This document shows positions 20,101 to 35,000 of a stretch of 64,000 bases of DNA, piece by piece (the stretch's first letter is position 1; each line of letters begins with the position of its first letter). Under the pieces are notes generated by a model, which saw only the letters and a program-made list of their open reading frames with translations, made no database searches and had not been told where the DNA came from. The DNA lies in NCBI GenBank assembly GCA_964036045.1, contig OZ038379.1:25730001-25794000 (forward strand), read 5' to 3'. The translations under genes were made by a program, and so were the position numbers. The DNA comes from Eutreptiella sp. 'Long Island Sound 2002' (taxonomy: Eukaryota; Protista; Euglenida).

Positions 20101-22430
20101 GCATGTTGCAACAAATAATGCAACCATCCACTTTCCCACAAGGTATCAATGTTCAAGCACCACATGGAATTTCTTGTTTGAGAGCTCTAACCCAATATTG
20201 AGCTTGACTCAAACTCTACATCCGAGCTTGAGTTCAAATGTTGCTTCAATTGACAAATCATTGCAATGCCCATATGTTGCTACATGTGCAATCACCTCAA
20301 AGTAGCATTGCTACTAGCAAAGTGCACTGCAAAAGCTCTAAGCCCCTCTCACCGTAACCAGAACACACACGGCTGAGATCCGCGAATGTAAAGCAACTGA
20401 AATGTTCTGGCAACCGAAAAAAATCCGGAAAAATTTTTGGGGTTCTGGCTAATCAGGAATACCAGGTACTACAGCAATGTCAGCATCGCAGTTCGGTTGG
20501 GACCCATCGTGTTGGGGGTCCCCGGCCCTGCCGGGGCCAAGTGAAAAATTTTGCGACGAATTCGCCTAGGCCGAAGATATTGCATTGTCACGATTACAAT
20601 ACCAGAAATTCCACTCCCAGACGCAGCTATGTCCCAACGAGCCTTGCGACCAACAACACTAGCCAAAAGCCGGCCTGTGGAACAAAACGTCAAGGTGCAA
20701 CAATGTGAACCAGTCAAAATGTGATCTTTTTTGCAAAGGTTTGACGTTGCGTTTTGCTACACCATTCGTAATTTGTTACTGGCAAATGTGTGATGTGGAG
20801 CTTTCGTGCGAGCTACGGCATCTACATTCCACACATGGTGTTGGTGTCGGTCAGGCTATCGAAGCAATGGGACACCAAATTACAGTGGTCGCCCAACAAA
20901 GTGGTTGGGATCCGAACACTTGTTTGGGGAAGATGTTTGCTTCTTTGGAGATGAGTTTTGCCAGTGAGCATGACATTCTAGGCATCCACGCATCTGGTGA
21001 GCGCATAGGTGAAGATTTGTACATGGCAGTTGAAGAACGTGAGGCATGGGGTCGGCGAATTGCTCCCGCCATAAGGAAGAGGAAGTTCTCTTCATCCCGA
21101 AAGGAATAATACCTCATCATTCTTCCGCTTGTATGGTGATATACCGGTGTTCTGCTGCATATTGTGCTTGTGGGATCAAAGGGTTGTCACTTGGATTGTG
21201 ACAAGTCTCCAGAAGGAATATGAGGCCCAACCATGGTTCTTTTTGGATCTAGCACCCTCGAAATAGGGGGGGGGTCATGGTGAAAGAGACGCGCTCAACA
21301 CCCACGTGCCCCCCCACCTCCCTCCCGAACAGACAGCTGCTCAGAAGTGCAAAATGCGTGCGTCCTTAAAAATTGGAACTTCTCCAACATATCGATGAAT
21401 CAGCAAAAACCAAGGGAGGCTCTTCGTGCCCCAGTGTTGCTCTTTAAGGAGAAAAAAACTAGTCCTTCACGAGACTGTGATGTCACGTTATGAATTTAGC
21501 CATTGGTCCGCGCACTAGGATCTGCCCCTGCTACCGTAGTGGAGCCGGGATGGACTCCTCAGCAAGCAAACCAAGCACATTTAGTTGCAAAGATCCAAGG
21601 AAAAGGGAATTTGTCCGTCATGCAACCACGATGCAACCGAGATGCATGCAACCACAATTATCAAAATTGTTGGACCCCTTAGCCTCATACCGAAGTATCA
21701 AGCGGTGAATCGTGCCCTACACCATTGGCGTAGAGAACAAGAAAAGAGTATAAGCAGCAGAACCGAGTTGTATGCGACTAGCATTGTTAACAACACACCC
21801 TCCGCTATGATCCTGGTTGGTGGGGTGATGCCCCCTTTTTGTTGCAGCGTTTGTGAATGAGCCGGAAGTACCATGTTGGCTCGGGTCTCACCTCGACATC
21901 TCGGCATGAAAAGCACCCGTAGGATTGTCATTTCGGGAGGTAGAGTCGGTGGGTATGGTCCGGTGTTGTTGTGTCCCATTGTTCCTTGTTGACCAACGCC
22001 TATTAATATCAATCTACGAGTGGTGTCCGGTTGAATGGCATGTCAATTCTCCCGAGCATCGGGGTATGCTTTTTTTTGCAATTCCATGGCGTGTTCTTCG
22101 GCCGAAGTTTCCCTTTGTTTCTTTAAACCTCGGATCATGTTTCCGTGGCCCTCGGTTTCATGTGTCGGATCATTGATTTCTTTGAATTTTGTTCTTTCCT
22201 CTATGCCACTTGTCATGTTACTTCGGTGTTGCGTTGTGGTGCCATCCCCTTTAAACACGTCGGATGGGTCGGTGCAGAGGCATTGGACATTGGCCCAATC
22301 ATCTTGACGTTGAGGAATTTTTTGCCCTGTGTGTGCTTGTTCACGTTGTCGTGGCGCACTTCACACCATTATACCGCTCAATGTGGGGCAAACGGCAACG
22401 GTCCTGGCGTGGAGGACGGGTGCCTGGTGT

Positions 22431-22488
22431 TGCGAGTTTTGGCACAAGGAGAAGCAATGCGAGTTTTGGCACAAGGAGAAGCAATGCG
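22431..22488 (+). repeat. 27-bp tandem duplication
   Basis: tgcgagttttggcacaaggagaagcaa twice, plus tgcg. Confidence 0.95.
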
Positions 22489-22579
22489 GGGTCGGTGTAC
22501 CCCTCAACACCGAAATTCTACGAATCATAGTTGGCAAAGCACTTGTTGCTTTTGGGGGGTTTGTCACCAAACATGGAAA

Positions 22580-22643
22580 AAATTTTCTTGTAGGCTATTG
22601 TCTTCTCTTGTGTCTACGACTTGGTGTGGGTACAAGTTGTGCC
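22580..22643 (+). promoter_or_regulatory. Candidate trans-splice or 5' UTR acceptor for PKAR
   Basis: TTTTCTTGTAG ends at 22593, 50 nt before the ATG at 22644. Confidence 0.4.
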
Positions 22644-22981
22644 ATGACTCCACCAATCGTCAATGAGTACCTCACTAAGTGCAAGGAGCACAACATCAAA
22701 AAGCCAAACAAGGAGGTCATCGATCAACTTGAAGAAGCACAAGGTTTCGAGGTATGGTCGCTACGATGCCATTGTGCATGATGGGAAAGCAGTCGTGCCT
22801 TCTACATTGTTATGATTTTAGGAGTTGGAGTCTCTTGACCTATCAAGAAATTATGTCGGCAACAAGGGCATGCTAGCAATCATGGAAGTAATTGCCAAAT
22901 GCAAGAATTTCTCAACGTTGGTTGTGGGTCAACACAATGCGGAGCTTAGTAGTGACAACGAGTTTGTGGACAAAATCATGC

Positions 22982-23019
<38 letters not shown>

Positions 23020-26000
23020 TCAACATTTGTTAGTAGACACAGAATTACACACACGCACGCGTGCACTTCCGAGAGCAAGGGTGGGGTTCGGAACCGTTGC
23101 GTTTATGGGCCTGGTCACCAATGCCGGTGGAATGGGCCTCCGCGTTTACAAATCCTTTTGAAAGTAGCAAGGGAACAAGTCCACGCCAAAACCATGTTCT
23201 AAACCACTTACACACCTTGACAAGATGGTATCATTTGTTCCACCATTAGGGGTGTATCCACGCTTCATTATCATAACTCCTCCCACCTCGAACCCAAAGG
23301 AGAGGGAGAGAAAAAGATGTGGAGCCCACAAACAATTTATACCCGTGGCATAAGCACAAGGATATCCGCGGATATCTGTGGTATATGCCACAGGATATCG
23401 CAGCGGATATGGCAGCCCCAAGCGCAAGACGCGCTTCGCAACTCGTCCACCAAACGGCACAACGTACACATCGCATTTCCCCCTTCAATTTAGATGGTAA
23501 ATTGAAGATATCCTAATTGGCCTACCACGAAAAATTCGGTTTCCATCCCATGTGAATATTTTTGAACCTGAAAAGTGTGCCATGGCTCTACACAATATTT
23601 GTGCCCATGCCACGGATATCTGCGCTGTATATCTGCCACGGATATCTCCCTCCGGTCGATGGCCTGTGGTTATGCCACAGGATACAGCGCAAATATCCGT
23701 GGCATTCGGCACAAATCTGAGATCCGTGGCATGTAGGCACAAGGATTTCCACAGATATCCGTGGTATATGCCACAACATATCAGTGCACAACATTGCACA
23801 TTCCCAATGAACCCCTTGCATGGGAGACACATGCAGAACACATTTGTGAACACCACTTGGTGTGGAACAAATCCGAAACAAGTTTTCTCTCACAGAGCTT
23901 CAACCAAGCTCTCCACCAACATGGAACATTTTGGCACATACAGACGGCACATATGATAGATAGAGGGCAATTGTGCGTAATTTTGTTGTCTTCCCTGAGT
24001 ACAACATATTCATCAATGCATGTTTTGGAAGGGGGCACGTGTCCTTACCTGCCATACACGAGCTTCAGACACCCTTCTTGCAACCCGGCACACTCCTAGA
24101 TTTTCAGGAAGTTGATATCCATCGTATCCTATGGCTATGCCACAAGATATCACCACGTCGCGTACGTAGGACCGTATGTTTCGTACATTACCAAGTGGCG
24201 GTGATGAAATCACCTTGGCGTAGTGACCTAACAAAGCAAAAACCCCACAATTTCCCCACCTCCAAGCATGCATTAGAAGTCAAACCCTTCTTGCCACTTC
24301 CGTGCTCCGTGCAGTCTACAATGGTCCCGGAAGCAAAACAATGCTTTTTCTAGTTTACTAGTATTGATGTGCCTTTGCCGCCTCTCTCTTGTCCTTACCT
24401 CTCCGCTAGGCAAGTTTGGTTTTGTAGATGCAAGAGCAGGAGGGAACGGGGGACAATGCTATGCCTTTTGGAACGCAGGTTGCTGCTGCGCACCCGTCGA
24501 TGACAAGCATCGATTTCATGGGAAACCCGGTGACTGCCTACGGTGCCAAGAAACTGCTTGACTTGGCGCGGGAAAACGAGCAGATCTTGTATTTGCACTT
24601 GGATGATGATGAATTGGATCAAAAGTTGAAGATCAGGTTGGTGTCCGTCGCAATCCGAGCCCGTGTGGCCGTGCTTTGGGCAACTACCTGAGAAAAGTCT
24701 CCTGCTTGTTGCCCTTTGCCTGGCCCACCTATAAACACAAAGCAAAAGGAAGCCGGAGACATATCCCAGTGCTACCTCTTGCCATGCATTGGACACACTT
24801 CGTTCGCCACCCAAGGCCAGCTAGACCATGGGGTATGAGCGCACGGAGGGCTACCTACAAATTCTCCGACACCTCATCACCATGGAACAAAATCTGAGAG
24901 AAGTGATGGAAAGACATTGGAAACCAGTCGTGTGGGCCGGACCGGGGTGCCTTTCTTTTGCGCCGCTCATCATGGACCCACCCGCGCCTCAATAAAGGCA
25001 TAAATAGAGAATAAATAGAGGCCGGGCTTGGCTGACATGCAGAGGCACCCGTGACGGTTCGTCGTGAAAGCATTGGGATTTGAACGTGCGGGTTCACGCC
25101 GCCTCGTTAGCCAACTCAAAGGCATCGCAATTAGGAGCATGGTGAGGGGACTCCCTGTTCCAAAGAGAACGAATGGAGAGCTCCGATGCACTGTACGGGG
25201 GGTGGGGCGGGGCGGGGCGGGCCGGGGTGGGGTCCCCGCTGACGCCGGCACCAAAGTCTCGGTATGGCCCATGGTCGAGTGGGTCCTACCGTTATCCATT
25301 TGACACAGCCTTGACACCACTTGACACAACCTTCACATGTGCAGTCCATGATTGTGTCATTGCTCTCTCAGAATCAGGGAAGCCCTGGAAGCAAACCTGC
25401 ACAAAATGTGGGCGCAGGATGCTGAGGACAGTGGCGAGGCAGCCGAGGGTGTGAAGTTTGTCAGTTTCCACGTTCCAGGTGCACAACAAGGGCGAGGTGG
25501 CCACGGTCAGGGCCTGAGCGCACTGCTCTTCGGTGCTCACCGCGCGGCCACGCGTGCCCGTAACCCTTCGTCTGCCTTGGTTTCACTACAGAGCGTAGCG
25601 CCAAAGCAAACGTAGCAAGAATTGCTGTAGCGTGCAACCCTGAATTCAGTACATGGGATAGCATATGGAGGGCCTGACAGTCTTGTGCCACAAGTAAACA
25701 ACCTGACAGTTACCAAGCTGATTCATCCATACAGCCTGAGCACCGTCGTTCACAGGCAAACCAACGGTTGTATCACCACCGAAATGCAGCACCAAATCAA
25801 CCAATCAACACATAGCAAACTCTTATTGTTGTCTTGGGTCATCTGTGACTCGCACATAAACACACACGGGCGCACTCGGGTTGCAATTATGGGCCCAAAG
25901 ACCGTGCTGTTGCACAATTTGGCAATTGGCAAAGGTTGGTTTGGAGGCCACTGTGTGTCGATCCGCACCCAAGACCAAGACAATTTTATGAGCACGCAAA

Positions 26001-29000
26001 ACTTGGTGGCCCAAATAACACGATCTACACACCCCTCACCCCTCGAACGGCCAAGTTTTTGGTTGGATTTTGGAAGTTGTGCACTGTTGTGGACACGCAA
26101 GCTTCCGTAGCCCAACAGAGGAACACAAACATGACAAACAACAGCCACAACAACATTCACAACAACAACGTACAAAGCGCACACGGTTTACCCAAGCATC
26201 CGGTGCTATCACCGGACTGCTTGATAAATGCACGGCAACAAAGATTCGAAATCCGTAGTGCAGCAGCAGAGGGGCAGGAATTGCCAAAAACTCCCCGAAC
26301 ACGCTGGATCACGGAACACTCCGAGCGCAGCTTCCGATGTTACAATCCCAACAAATGGCGCGGGTTTTTATCATGTTTGCTCTTCTTTATTATTGCAGAC
26401 GTGAAGAGTGACGATAGTGCCAACCTCCTGCAGAAGCCTGATACTGCGGACAGTGGTAGCTCCTCTTTGTTCCTGGGTCAGGGCACGAGAGGAATGTCTC
26501 GTGCTCAAACGGAGCCTTCCACAGACAAGCCACGTACCACCCCCCAAACATGGCGCCGGCATGGGAGGGACGCCAAGAGGCAGAAGCAGCACCTGTGAGC
26601 AGAGGGACACCTGTCCCACTCTCACCTAGTAAAAATAATTTTCCCCGGCTGTTGGGGTTAGCCGAGCAGACTGCCTTCACATAGGCTCGACTAATGGCCT
26701 TATAACTTACAGGACATGGCCGGCGGTGAAAGCAGATCCGACGACTAAGTCAATCCCAATTGATACATGGTGTAATCACATCAACGTAATCGCGGCATTC
26801 CCTTCGGATTCAGCAGTCGGATGACAGTCATGCGTTGCGTCATTCACGAGGCCCACCCGTAGCTTAAGAATATCAGCGGCAATGCACTTCATCAGTCTCC
26901 TCTTTTGCCAGAATTTTTGACGTCACCAGTACAAAGGCCCAACCGTCAATTATCCCCCTGCCCCCTATGGAACACCGTGCTGGCCACCACCAACCAAGAC
27001 CACCACCATGTGCTCACTTTCCTTTTGCTTCCCGAGCATACCTTTTGGCCCCGCCCCCGTACCATGTACCATCATGGCCCAACTGAACGCGGCGAGCTCA
27101 AATTTTTGTGATTGCGAGTCAAGGTGGAAGAACGCCCTTAAGATTGCAGAAATGAATTTGAATGTGGACTTTGGATTGAACTTTGGACCCGACCGCCAGG
27201 GCAATGCAATGCCTGATGCCCCTCCAACTGCAAGGGTGGCATGACACACCAACACTCATGGTGGCTCTTGGCCGGTGGGGCCGCCATACAACCCAACGTA
27301 CTCAGCTGAAAGCTATCGGCGGCGGGGGGGCATGGTGGTGATGGGGGGTGCCATAAAGGCTGAACGAGTATGCCAGTTGGTATTTCTGGGTGTACGTGCG
27401 TGCGCCTTTTGAGGAAGGTCGTGGATAGGTGGGTTGATCGCCCACCCGTTGGGTTGGGGGTGAAGAGGGTGGGTTCTAAAAACTGCGAGAGATGCAGATT
27501 CTATGCATGTTCGTCTTGACAGCCTCATTCACGTCACACATAAGGTTATACATGTGGTTTGTTTGTTGTTGCAAAATCTTTCAGTGGCACCAATGCCCTG
27601 CGCCTGCCTGTCTCTCTGTGCTCTGCCTTCCCAATTTGTTGAGCTCATGAGCTATCATTTTGCTGTCAGCCAAGGGCAGAAGGCGGACTGGGATCAGTGC
27701 CGAACTGATGCGCGGCGCAGACTCAGAAGAACACACCCCGGTGTATGTGGAGAAGAGCCACGCTGTGAAGGTCTGTGGCTCTCGTTTTGCCATTCCCTTG
27801 CGAGAGCCTGAGCACACGGTGCAATGACATTGGGTGTGGGTACACGGACGTAACGCGGCGGAACCATGAAGTGCAGATTCACGAGGGCCCCAGACGGACA
27901 GGCTGCAACCTTCTTTGTGTTGTGCTTCTCCATCGTCGTTGCCAAGTGTTGAGCTGATAATTACAGGCTTCCATTGTTTTGGGGTGGCATTTGTACCCCG
28001 TATTGCGTCACGGACCGGTGCCCGCGACGTATGCGCGGGGGCGTGTGAGGGGTTTGCCCGTCATATCTTGAGGTTAACCAGACAAACGGCCTCAAGAAAC
28101 ACATGACGTGACAGGGTTGCAAAAGGGGGTGGTTTCAGCGAATTGTTTTTTAATTAAGTGGCAGATTCCGTGCAGGACCCACAGGCTGGTTTTCGTGGTG
28201 AATACAACGAAAGAACACTCCTGCACATATGAAGTGCTCCCCGGTAAAAGTAAGGTGAAGACAAAAATTCCTGCACCGAATCCAAATTGCCCCCCGATAA
28301 ATGGGTAGATAGGGCAGGCGGAGCATATCTGAAATCAAGGAATCAGGTGTGCTAAGCGCCTAATCAGCCGCACTAACTGACGCATGAGTGCAGTTTTTTT
28401 TTTTTGTGAATGAAAACGCACTGTGTTCTCCCGCTGAGCTGCATCCTACCCAGCTCCCGCATTTGGCGCTCTGGGAAACCGCGCGCTCTCAACGCTGTAC
28501 TATGATTTGAGGTTGAGGCAGTTCTGCAGCTCAGAAGAAAGAATGCACCCGGTGCATGTTGTGGGGTGCATTGCCTCAGTCCTTCATACCACCGAGTTCC
28601 GCACCTAAACAGCCCCCCCCCCGCCCTGCCCTCGCCCCAATCGTTTCGAAGATTTGTGCGACCGTCTGGTCGAAGAAAATAGGAAAGGTGTGCACTCCCC
28701 AGAACCCCTCATGGACGGAAAAAGTGCATTATGCACCAGGGCATGAGCGTGACAGCAAAGGAGGCACGGCATGCAGGACTTTGGACACCCTTGATCGCAC
28801 AAAAAGCATCGTGCTGCACGCACAAGTATCCTTCAATCCAATGCCACCTCCATCCACTGCATGAGGAAGCATGCATTTTGCAAACAACAGTGATCCATAA
28901 TCACGTTCTGGGGCTCAGAGACAACCTGGTGCTTTGATTGTGTCGCATACCCCTGGTGGTCAGAAATCCCTGAAGCTTGCAGGGGTACAGGAATCAAGAT

Positions 29001-32000
29001 CGTGATAGCGGTGGAACCCGGGATACAGCGGGTGGCTGTCGAATCCGTGTAGATATGTGATTGCATCGCATCGCATGCAGCACGAAACTGTGGAACACTT
29101 GATGGCACACAGCATGGCAGCATGGGACACAGTTCTATCGCATGACATATTCCAAACAAGCACCACAATATTGCCCTACCCACGACCTTGAACCACGGCA
29201 GATAGCGGAATCATACCAAGTGGCGTATTTCACCCATCATGTAGACACGAGAAAACAAAAACTACAATGCCCCACGGGTCTGCTGTATCCACTGGGGCAA
29301 GCAAAGGAGGGATGGCATTCAGGAGTTCGGACACCAGTGATCCAGGCCACATACACAAGCATCCTTTGATTTTACGGCCACTTCCATCCACTGCACAAGT
29401 TAAGTCACGCAATTTTGCACAAAGCAATGATCCATGATCTTGTCCCACAGGACCAGATCCGTCCCATTCTGCTGAAGAATCCCTTGTTCAACCATTTGGC
29501 CAAATCCGAACTAAAGACGTTCCTGGAAGTGATGTTCCCCAACACATGGGAGGCTGGCACTGAAATCATGCAAGTGGGCACCCCTGGGAAGGTACGTCTG
29601 CATGCCTGGCATGGGTATGCCATTCTAGCAGCGCACCAACCAAAGGTGTTTTGTTGAAGGCTTTGTGATCCGCTTCTGGTCTGTACCCAGCACGAATTCT
29701 ATTCTTATTGTGGCACGCCATATGTATCCACCATCCACCACCCACCCACCCACCCACCCACCCACCCTGCCTCCTTCGCTGCCCCCCTCCCCGCCCCCTC
29801 CACGGCAAGCCATAAAGGCGTCAGCTCGGTAGTACTAGGGGTACAGCAGGGGTTTAGCGGCATTTGGGCATGCAGGCCGGGCAGGAAAGACCGCTCGGGC
29901 GGGGGGGCAGGGGGGAACATTGGAAACAGGAAATCTGTTCCTGCATTTTTCCGCACCTCTTCCTGTTCTTTCTATTTTTCCTATTTCTATTGTTCTTGCT
30001 TCCCCGCAGTGCTCTCCAAGGCGATGGGTGCCCCCACACTCCCAGCTTTTCCATACACGCCCCATACGCTCCACAGTTTTAAATATTTTCTATGTATCGG
30101 GTGAGGCTCCGGATGTAAGCGGCATTTTGGGACTGTGCTTGTGTCAATGTCTGGGCTGTGGGCAGCCTCCCTCCCTTATGACCCCCCTCCCTCCCTTGCT
30201 CCCTCCTTCCCCGGAGGCTGTGGTCACCCCGAGACGTACTTTTGAATATTAAGATCCGGGTGGTGTGCCAAGCAGACACCCCGAGTCACTGGTGCCGCAA
30301 GCTCGCTATGAGTCAGGTCGGGATATAAATTCCCCATACCCCACCACCCGGCGACTGAGCGTTGCTAAAAGGCAGAGGCCTGCTCTTGCGGTCACCGTTT
30401 CGGGCCAATATATGCAAGATTTGGTCCTCCTGCTGGTCACCCCCAGGTTCTAGCCCACCTCGTGCCAAGGTGGTAAGCTGCTTTTCTCACGGTCGTGATT
30501 TGGTGCCGTGACCACTTGTCCACTACGTTGACCATCGATGGCTGCCGATGCCACCACTGCCAACGGGGCCCACCCTCCGCCCCCTCTTGCTGCATACCTG
30601 GTTGCCTGCTGAATGCCCAGTCTCTTGTCACCTGCTCGGTCCCTCGGTTGCCAGGTTCACTGCTCAAGGCGGTCTCGGCCATAGGATGGCTCGAGCTTGG
30701 GAAGGTGCTTGAGGGCTGATCCACACAACTCCTGAGATAGGAGCATCGGTGACCGGCTCAATGGTATACTGCTACCGCCAGCACTGTGGCTATGGATCTT
30801 GAAACCCCCTGGCCGGCTCCTCCTCCTCCTCCCTCCCTCCCTCCCTCCCTCCGCCAACAGTATAGGCAATGGAGGCTGCATAAAGTTTACACCACGGTGG
30901 CGTCGTATGGGGTGGGGTCACATACTTTGGCAGCCATAAACCCGCGGCCAGCGTAAGCTGTGTATCTATCTGCTTTTATTTATGTCACCCTGTACAGGTG
31001 GCAAAGGTCTAGGAAAAAGCCCAGGCCGTTTGTATCGTAAGGACAAGTTAGCGCCGCGGCATGACCAGGGGTGGCAGCCATGACAGCCGATGTTTAGCGG
31101 CAAAGGGAAAGGGATTTGGGGAATCACACAACACACACAAAGTGCAGTGGGATAACAAGATCTAGATAAGTCAATGAGTGCATTACATACCCATGTGTGT
31201 GCCTGTTCGTGCTGCTCACAGGGCATGAAAGGGTATGGCATAGGGAGGGGAGTGTCGTGGGAGGGTGACTAGAGCGAGACCGGGTATACGGCAACAAAGG
31301 CAAATAAAGTTAAAGTGGAAACAGGCGACCATGTTACGGTATGAGTCCAAACAACAGTCACACGAACGTTCTCTGGGCAGGCATCCTGCACACCGCATAT
31401 TCTGATATCTCCAACACCCAACTTCCCCGCCCCTTCCCACTCCCTCCTTGTGCACGCTGTGGCAGGGATACAAGAACAAGGGATGTGGGGCAATCAGCCC
31501 TAACCTGAAGGCCAAAGAGCGTCCACAGACACGGAGGCACCAGAGGAAAGAGTTGGTAGGTCGGGGCACGAGGAAGCAACAGAGCGGAGAGGCAAACAAG
31601 ATCTGATTAGCAGGCAGTGTGTGTGATGTGCAGAACCGAACGGCAGCCGCACAGACGGTCCCTAGGCAGGCGGTTTGAGGCGCCGTGTAACGTGCTTTGC
31701 TCCCACTCGAACACCCTACCTCCCTCCTTTCCTCTACTCTCTCCAGCAATTTCGATTTAACCAGCGTTCGTCTGCCTTGCGGCAGGGATTTGCATAAGCC
31801 TGGTGGCCAAACTACTGCCAAACACATCATTTTCCCAGCAAGCCCACCCCCGACGGCACGGCTGGGCGGCACAACAGCTCCGGTCGGAACCTCACCAATG
31901 GCGGTTGGCATTCAACCGATACTAGTGCATGGTCTACCTCGTGCACTGCCCTCGTCCTCAGAATTTCTACATGATCACGAAGGGCGCTGTGGACATCATC

Positions 32001-35000
32001 AAAGAAGGCAACGTTGTAGCCGTCAAGAAGGAGTCGGAGGTGTTCGGTGAGCTGGAGCTCATGTACAACACAAACGCAGTGGCCACGGTGAAGGTATGGG
32101 GTGTGGATGACGCGTCGGCCCCTGGCTTCCCCCGACTTAGACAACCCTGCCCCCTCCCAGAGTCCCTCATCCCAAGAGCCACCTCTCAAGCCACGTCCGA
32201 GGCCAGGGATGCAGGTCAACAACGCATTGGAGCATTGCAGCTCACCAAGATTCTCACCATCAACTGACAAGATGCAGGCAAGGAGAGGGGGCGTTGCCTC
32301 CCAGCCCCTCTGCCTCCTTAGGTTTGGTCTGGCCCGGGGGATTCAAGGTGTTCGGCCCACTGATGAGGAGCGCCGGAGCCCCCATCCGAGATCACCTGAC
32401 ACAAGGCCAAACGAGACACGCTGGCATACTGACCCGCCCTCCTCGGCCCTCCTCGGGAGATGCGAGCTGACATGCCACGACGCCAGCAGCACGCTCTGAT
32501 GTGTGCCCACGAGTCCGGTCAGCACAGAAACGAAAAGAGACTCGATAAACGGTGAGAAGCAGACACACTGCACCGCCAGAGGACGCGCCCAAGTGTGCTA
32601 AACCGCAAGTGCCAAACGGTAACACTGATCCACTTTACTGATGGTTCACCCACTGTGCACAACTCCAGACACAACCCAGAAACACGGTCTACCCCGCGGA
32701 GGGTGGAGCAAAAAAGCAGTGAAACACAGCACCGCGTGCGGCGCCAGATGCTCTGTTTCATGAAGGCACTTGGACCTCCCACAGTTGGTGCGCCTCGGTT
32801 AGTGGCAATGGCAGTTGGTCCCAAAAACACAATCACGTGGGCAAAAGGAGGAATCGTGTCGGGTTGCGACTGGTCGGTGCCGTTTCTGCAGGCCCAGGGC
32901 GAGGTGGAGACCTGGGCCATTAGTCGTAAGGATTACCAATATTTGATGATGGACGAGATGGTGAACCGCCGCAAGACGTACACCGAGATCTTGTCCCGCA
33001 TCCCCATCACACAACACTTGAGCAGCTACGAGAAGCTTCAGGTGCTGTTGTGGGCGCTTCCTTAAGGTGTTGGCAACGGATATTTCCCAGCCATTGTCCT
33101 TCAGAGTCACAATTAGCGAATGGAGACCATAGAGTGCCAGAGGCTTCTGCGGCGGCCTCTTGTTTTTGGTTCCCGACAATCAGTGGTGGCATACTCCCCA
33201 TGCAAACACATGGGCGCAGCAGCAGTATCAGCAGGGAGCAGGGACTCCGCGTGGAAGCCACGTGCCACGGTGTTGTACATGCGTTGTCTTTGGTTGTCGC
33301 ATCGGGCTGGTGTTTGAGGTCATTGGACTGCCATGGGCCGGGAAAGAAGTCATCTTCAGAAGTGTGTGGGCAGTTCTATCTGCCAATTACCTATTCATGG
33401 GATTGATGGTGGGTCCAGCTTGCGCGACTCGGACACTTCCCTTCCAAAAAAAAATGCAGCAAAACTCGCGAACATATGCGCTGTGATAAAAACCAAACAC
33501 CAAAGAACCGACACCGCTCAAAGCATATTGGTTTTTGTGGGGCAAGTCAGACCAAAACAACACCAAAGGGGGATGATTGGGTTGCAGCAACTGTCACATG
33601 GAGCCGTACTCAAGCCCAACTGTCAGTGGCCGTTACTCACCGGACGTCGAGGAACAGTGGACAACATCTCCAAAAGAGACCACGAATGCCTCTCCATCAG
33701 CAGCCCAATTATCCACAAAACCTGCACCCTCGGGCCAGGGGATAGAGGCCTCAGAATCAAAAAATCCATTGGGGGATTGTCTTATTGGGCAAAATAATGA
33801 TTTTACAAGGGGTTGGACATCAAATATCATGCCTTGGGGTATGCTACGCGAATGACCCCAAAAAAGGGGGGTATACGACGCCCGCGCCTGCACTTGATCT
33901 AACAACCTCTCTTCGAGGTGATTTTGGTTGCCAGGAGGTCTGCCCCCATGGGGTGCTCTGCTGCTGCTCCGGCTCTGCGCACTGCTTCGCACAGTGCGGC
34001 CACTGTGATTTCTGTGTGTGGCAGTCATTGGGGGTGATGTGTGGGCTGGTGTGTGTGTGCGGTTGGGTAGTATGGGTGTCCCCCTGGGTGCATGAGCCTG
34101 TGCTGTGGTTGGGGGGGGGGGGTGTCGTGTCGCCCAGAAAGAAGGCCAGCAGAATGCCTGTGAGGGTTTGAGTCGACACCCCAGGCTCCACTTCTGCCCG
34201 CCTGCTTTCCTGTCCTTTGCGGCCCACCACATCCGTGATGTCCAATCGCTGTGTGTGTCCCAGATTGCGGATGCTTTGGATACTGCAACTTTTGAACCGG
34301 GGCAGAAAGTCATCTCGCAAGGTGAACAGGGGGACGTCATGTACATGATTCTAGGTGTGCTTTGAAGTCTGCTGTGGGGGAGTAGGCAGACTGACCAGGG
34401 TCACAAACGTGGCTGCAGATGCGGGTGGCGATGGGGATGACAGCCGCCAGTTGCGGACCAGTGCATGCGTTGCCTGTCGTGCTGGTCGTGCCCTCTGCGA
34501 TCTCTGGTGACGGGCCCCGGTGTGCGATCATACCTCTGGCTGGCGCAACCAAGTCTTGGGGAAGGCAGTAGCGGGTGGCGCCCACTGACGACAAGTGTTG
34601 AAGGGGGGTGCAGGTGGAGAAACCCGAGGGCTTGTGTGGTAGGGCTTCATGGCGTCTGCTCCTGGCAGAGGCAGTGGTGGTCCTTCGCCGCGAGTCCAAT
34701 GCGGGGCAGCCTGCGGTGATCTGCATGGTCAGTTGCCTGCCGCACAGGCTGGCGATGCATCGGTGTGCGCTGATCTGGTGTTGGGCATACTCTCATCCCA
34801 TCCCCCCGACCCCCCTGCCGGGCCCTGTCGGTGGCAACCCACAGACACAAGAAGGGGGTTGCGGAAGCGGGGCCTCAGCCCCTCCCCCCCTTGCAGAGGG
34901 GCTGAGGGGCTGGCCCAGCGGGGGGGGGGGGCCTCCCCTGCGAGCCCGATGTGCACAGAACGCTGCATTGCGCTGATCATACAACCCTGACGATGATTTT

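Noticed and set aside
17600-22400. Protein-coding gene between PDI and PKAR
   Set aside because: Only short, stop-interrupted frames without recognisable motifs or consistent splice phases; probably decayed repeats.
30966-31911. LINE C-terminal zinc-knuckle remnant on the minus strand of PKAR intron 7
   Set aside because: Only a vague C..E..H..C resemblance, too weak to call without a search.
32361-32399. Box C/D snoRNA or hammerhead (TGATGA ... CTGA)
   Set aside because: Only about 30 nt between the boxes, no terminal stem and no GAAA core.
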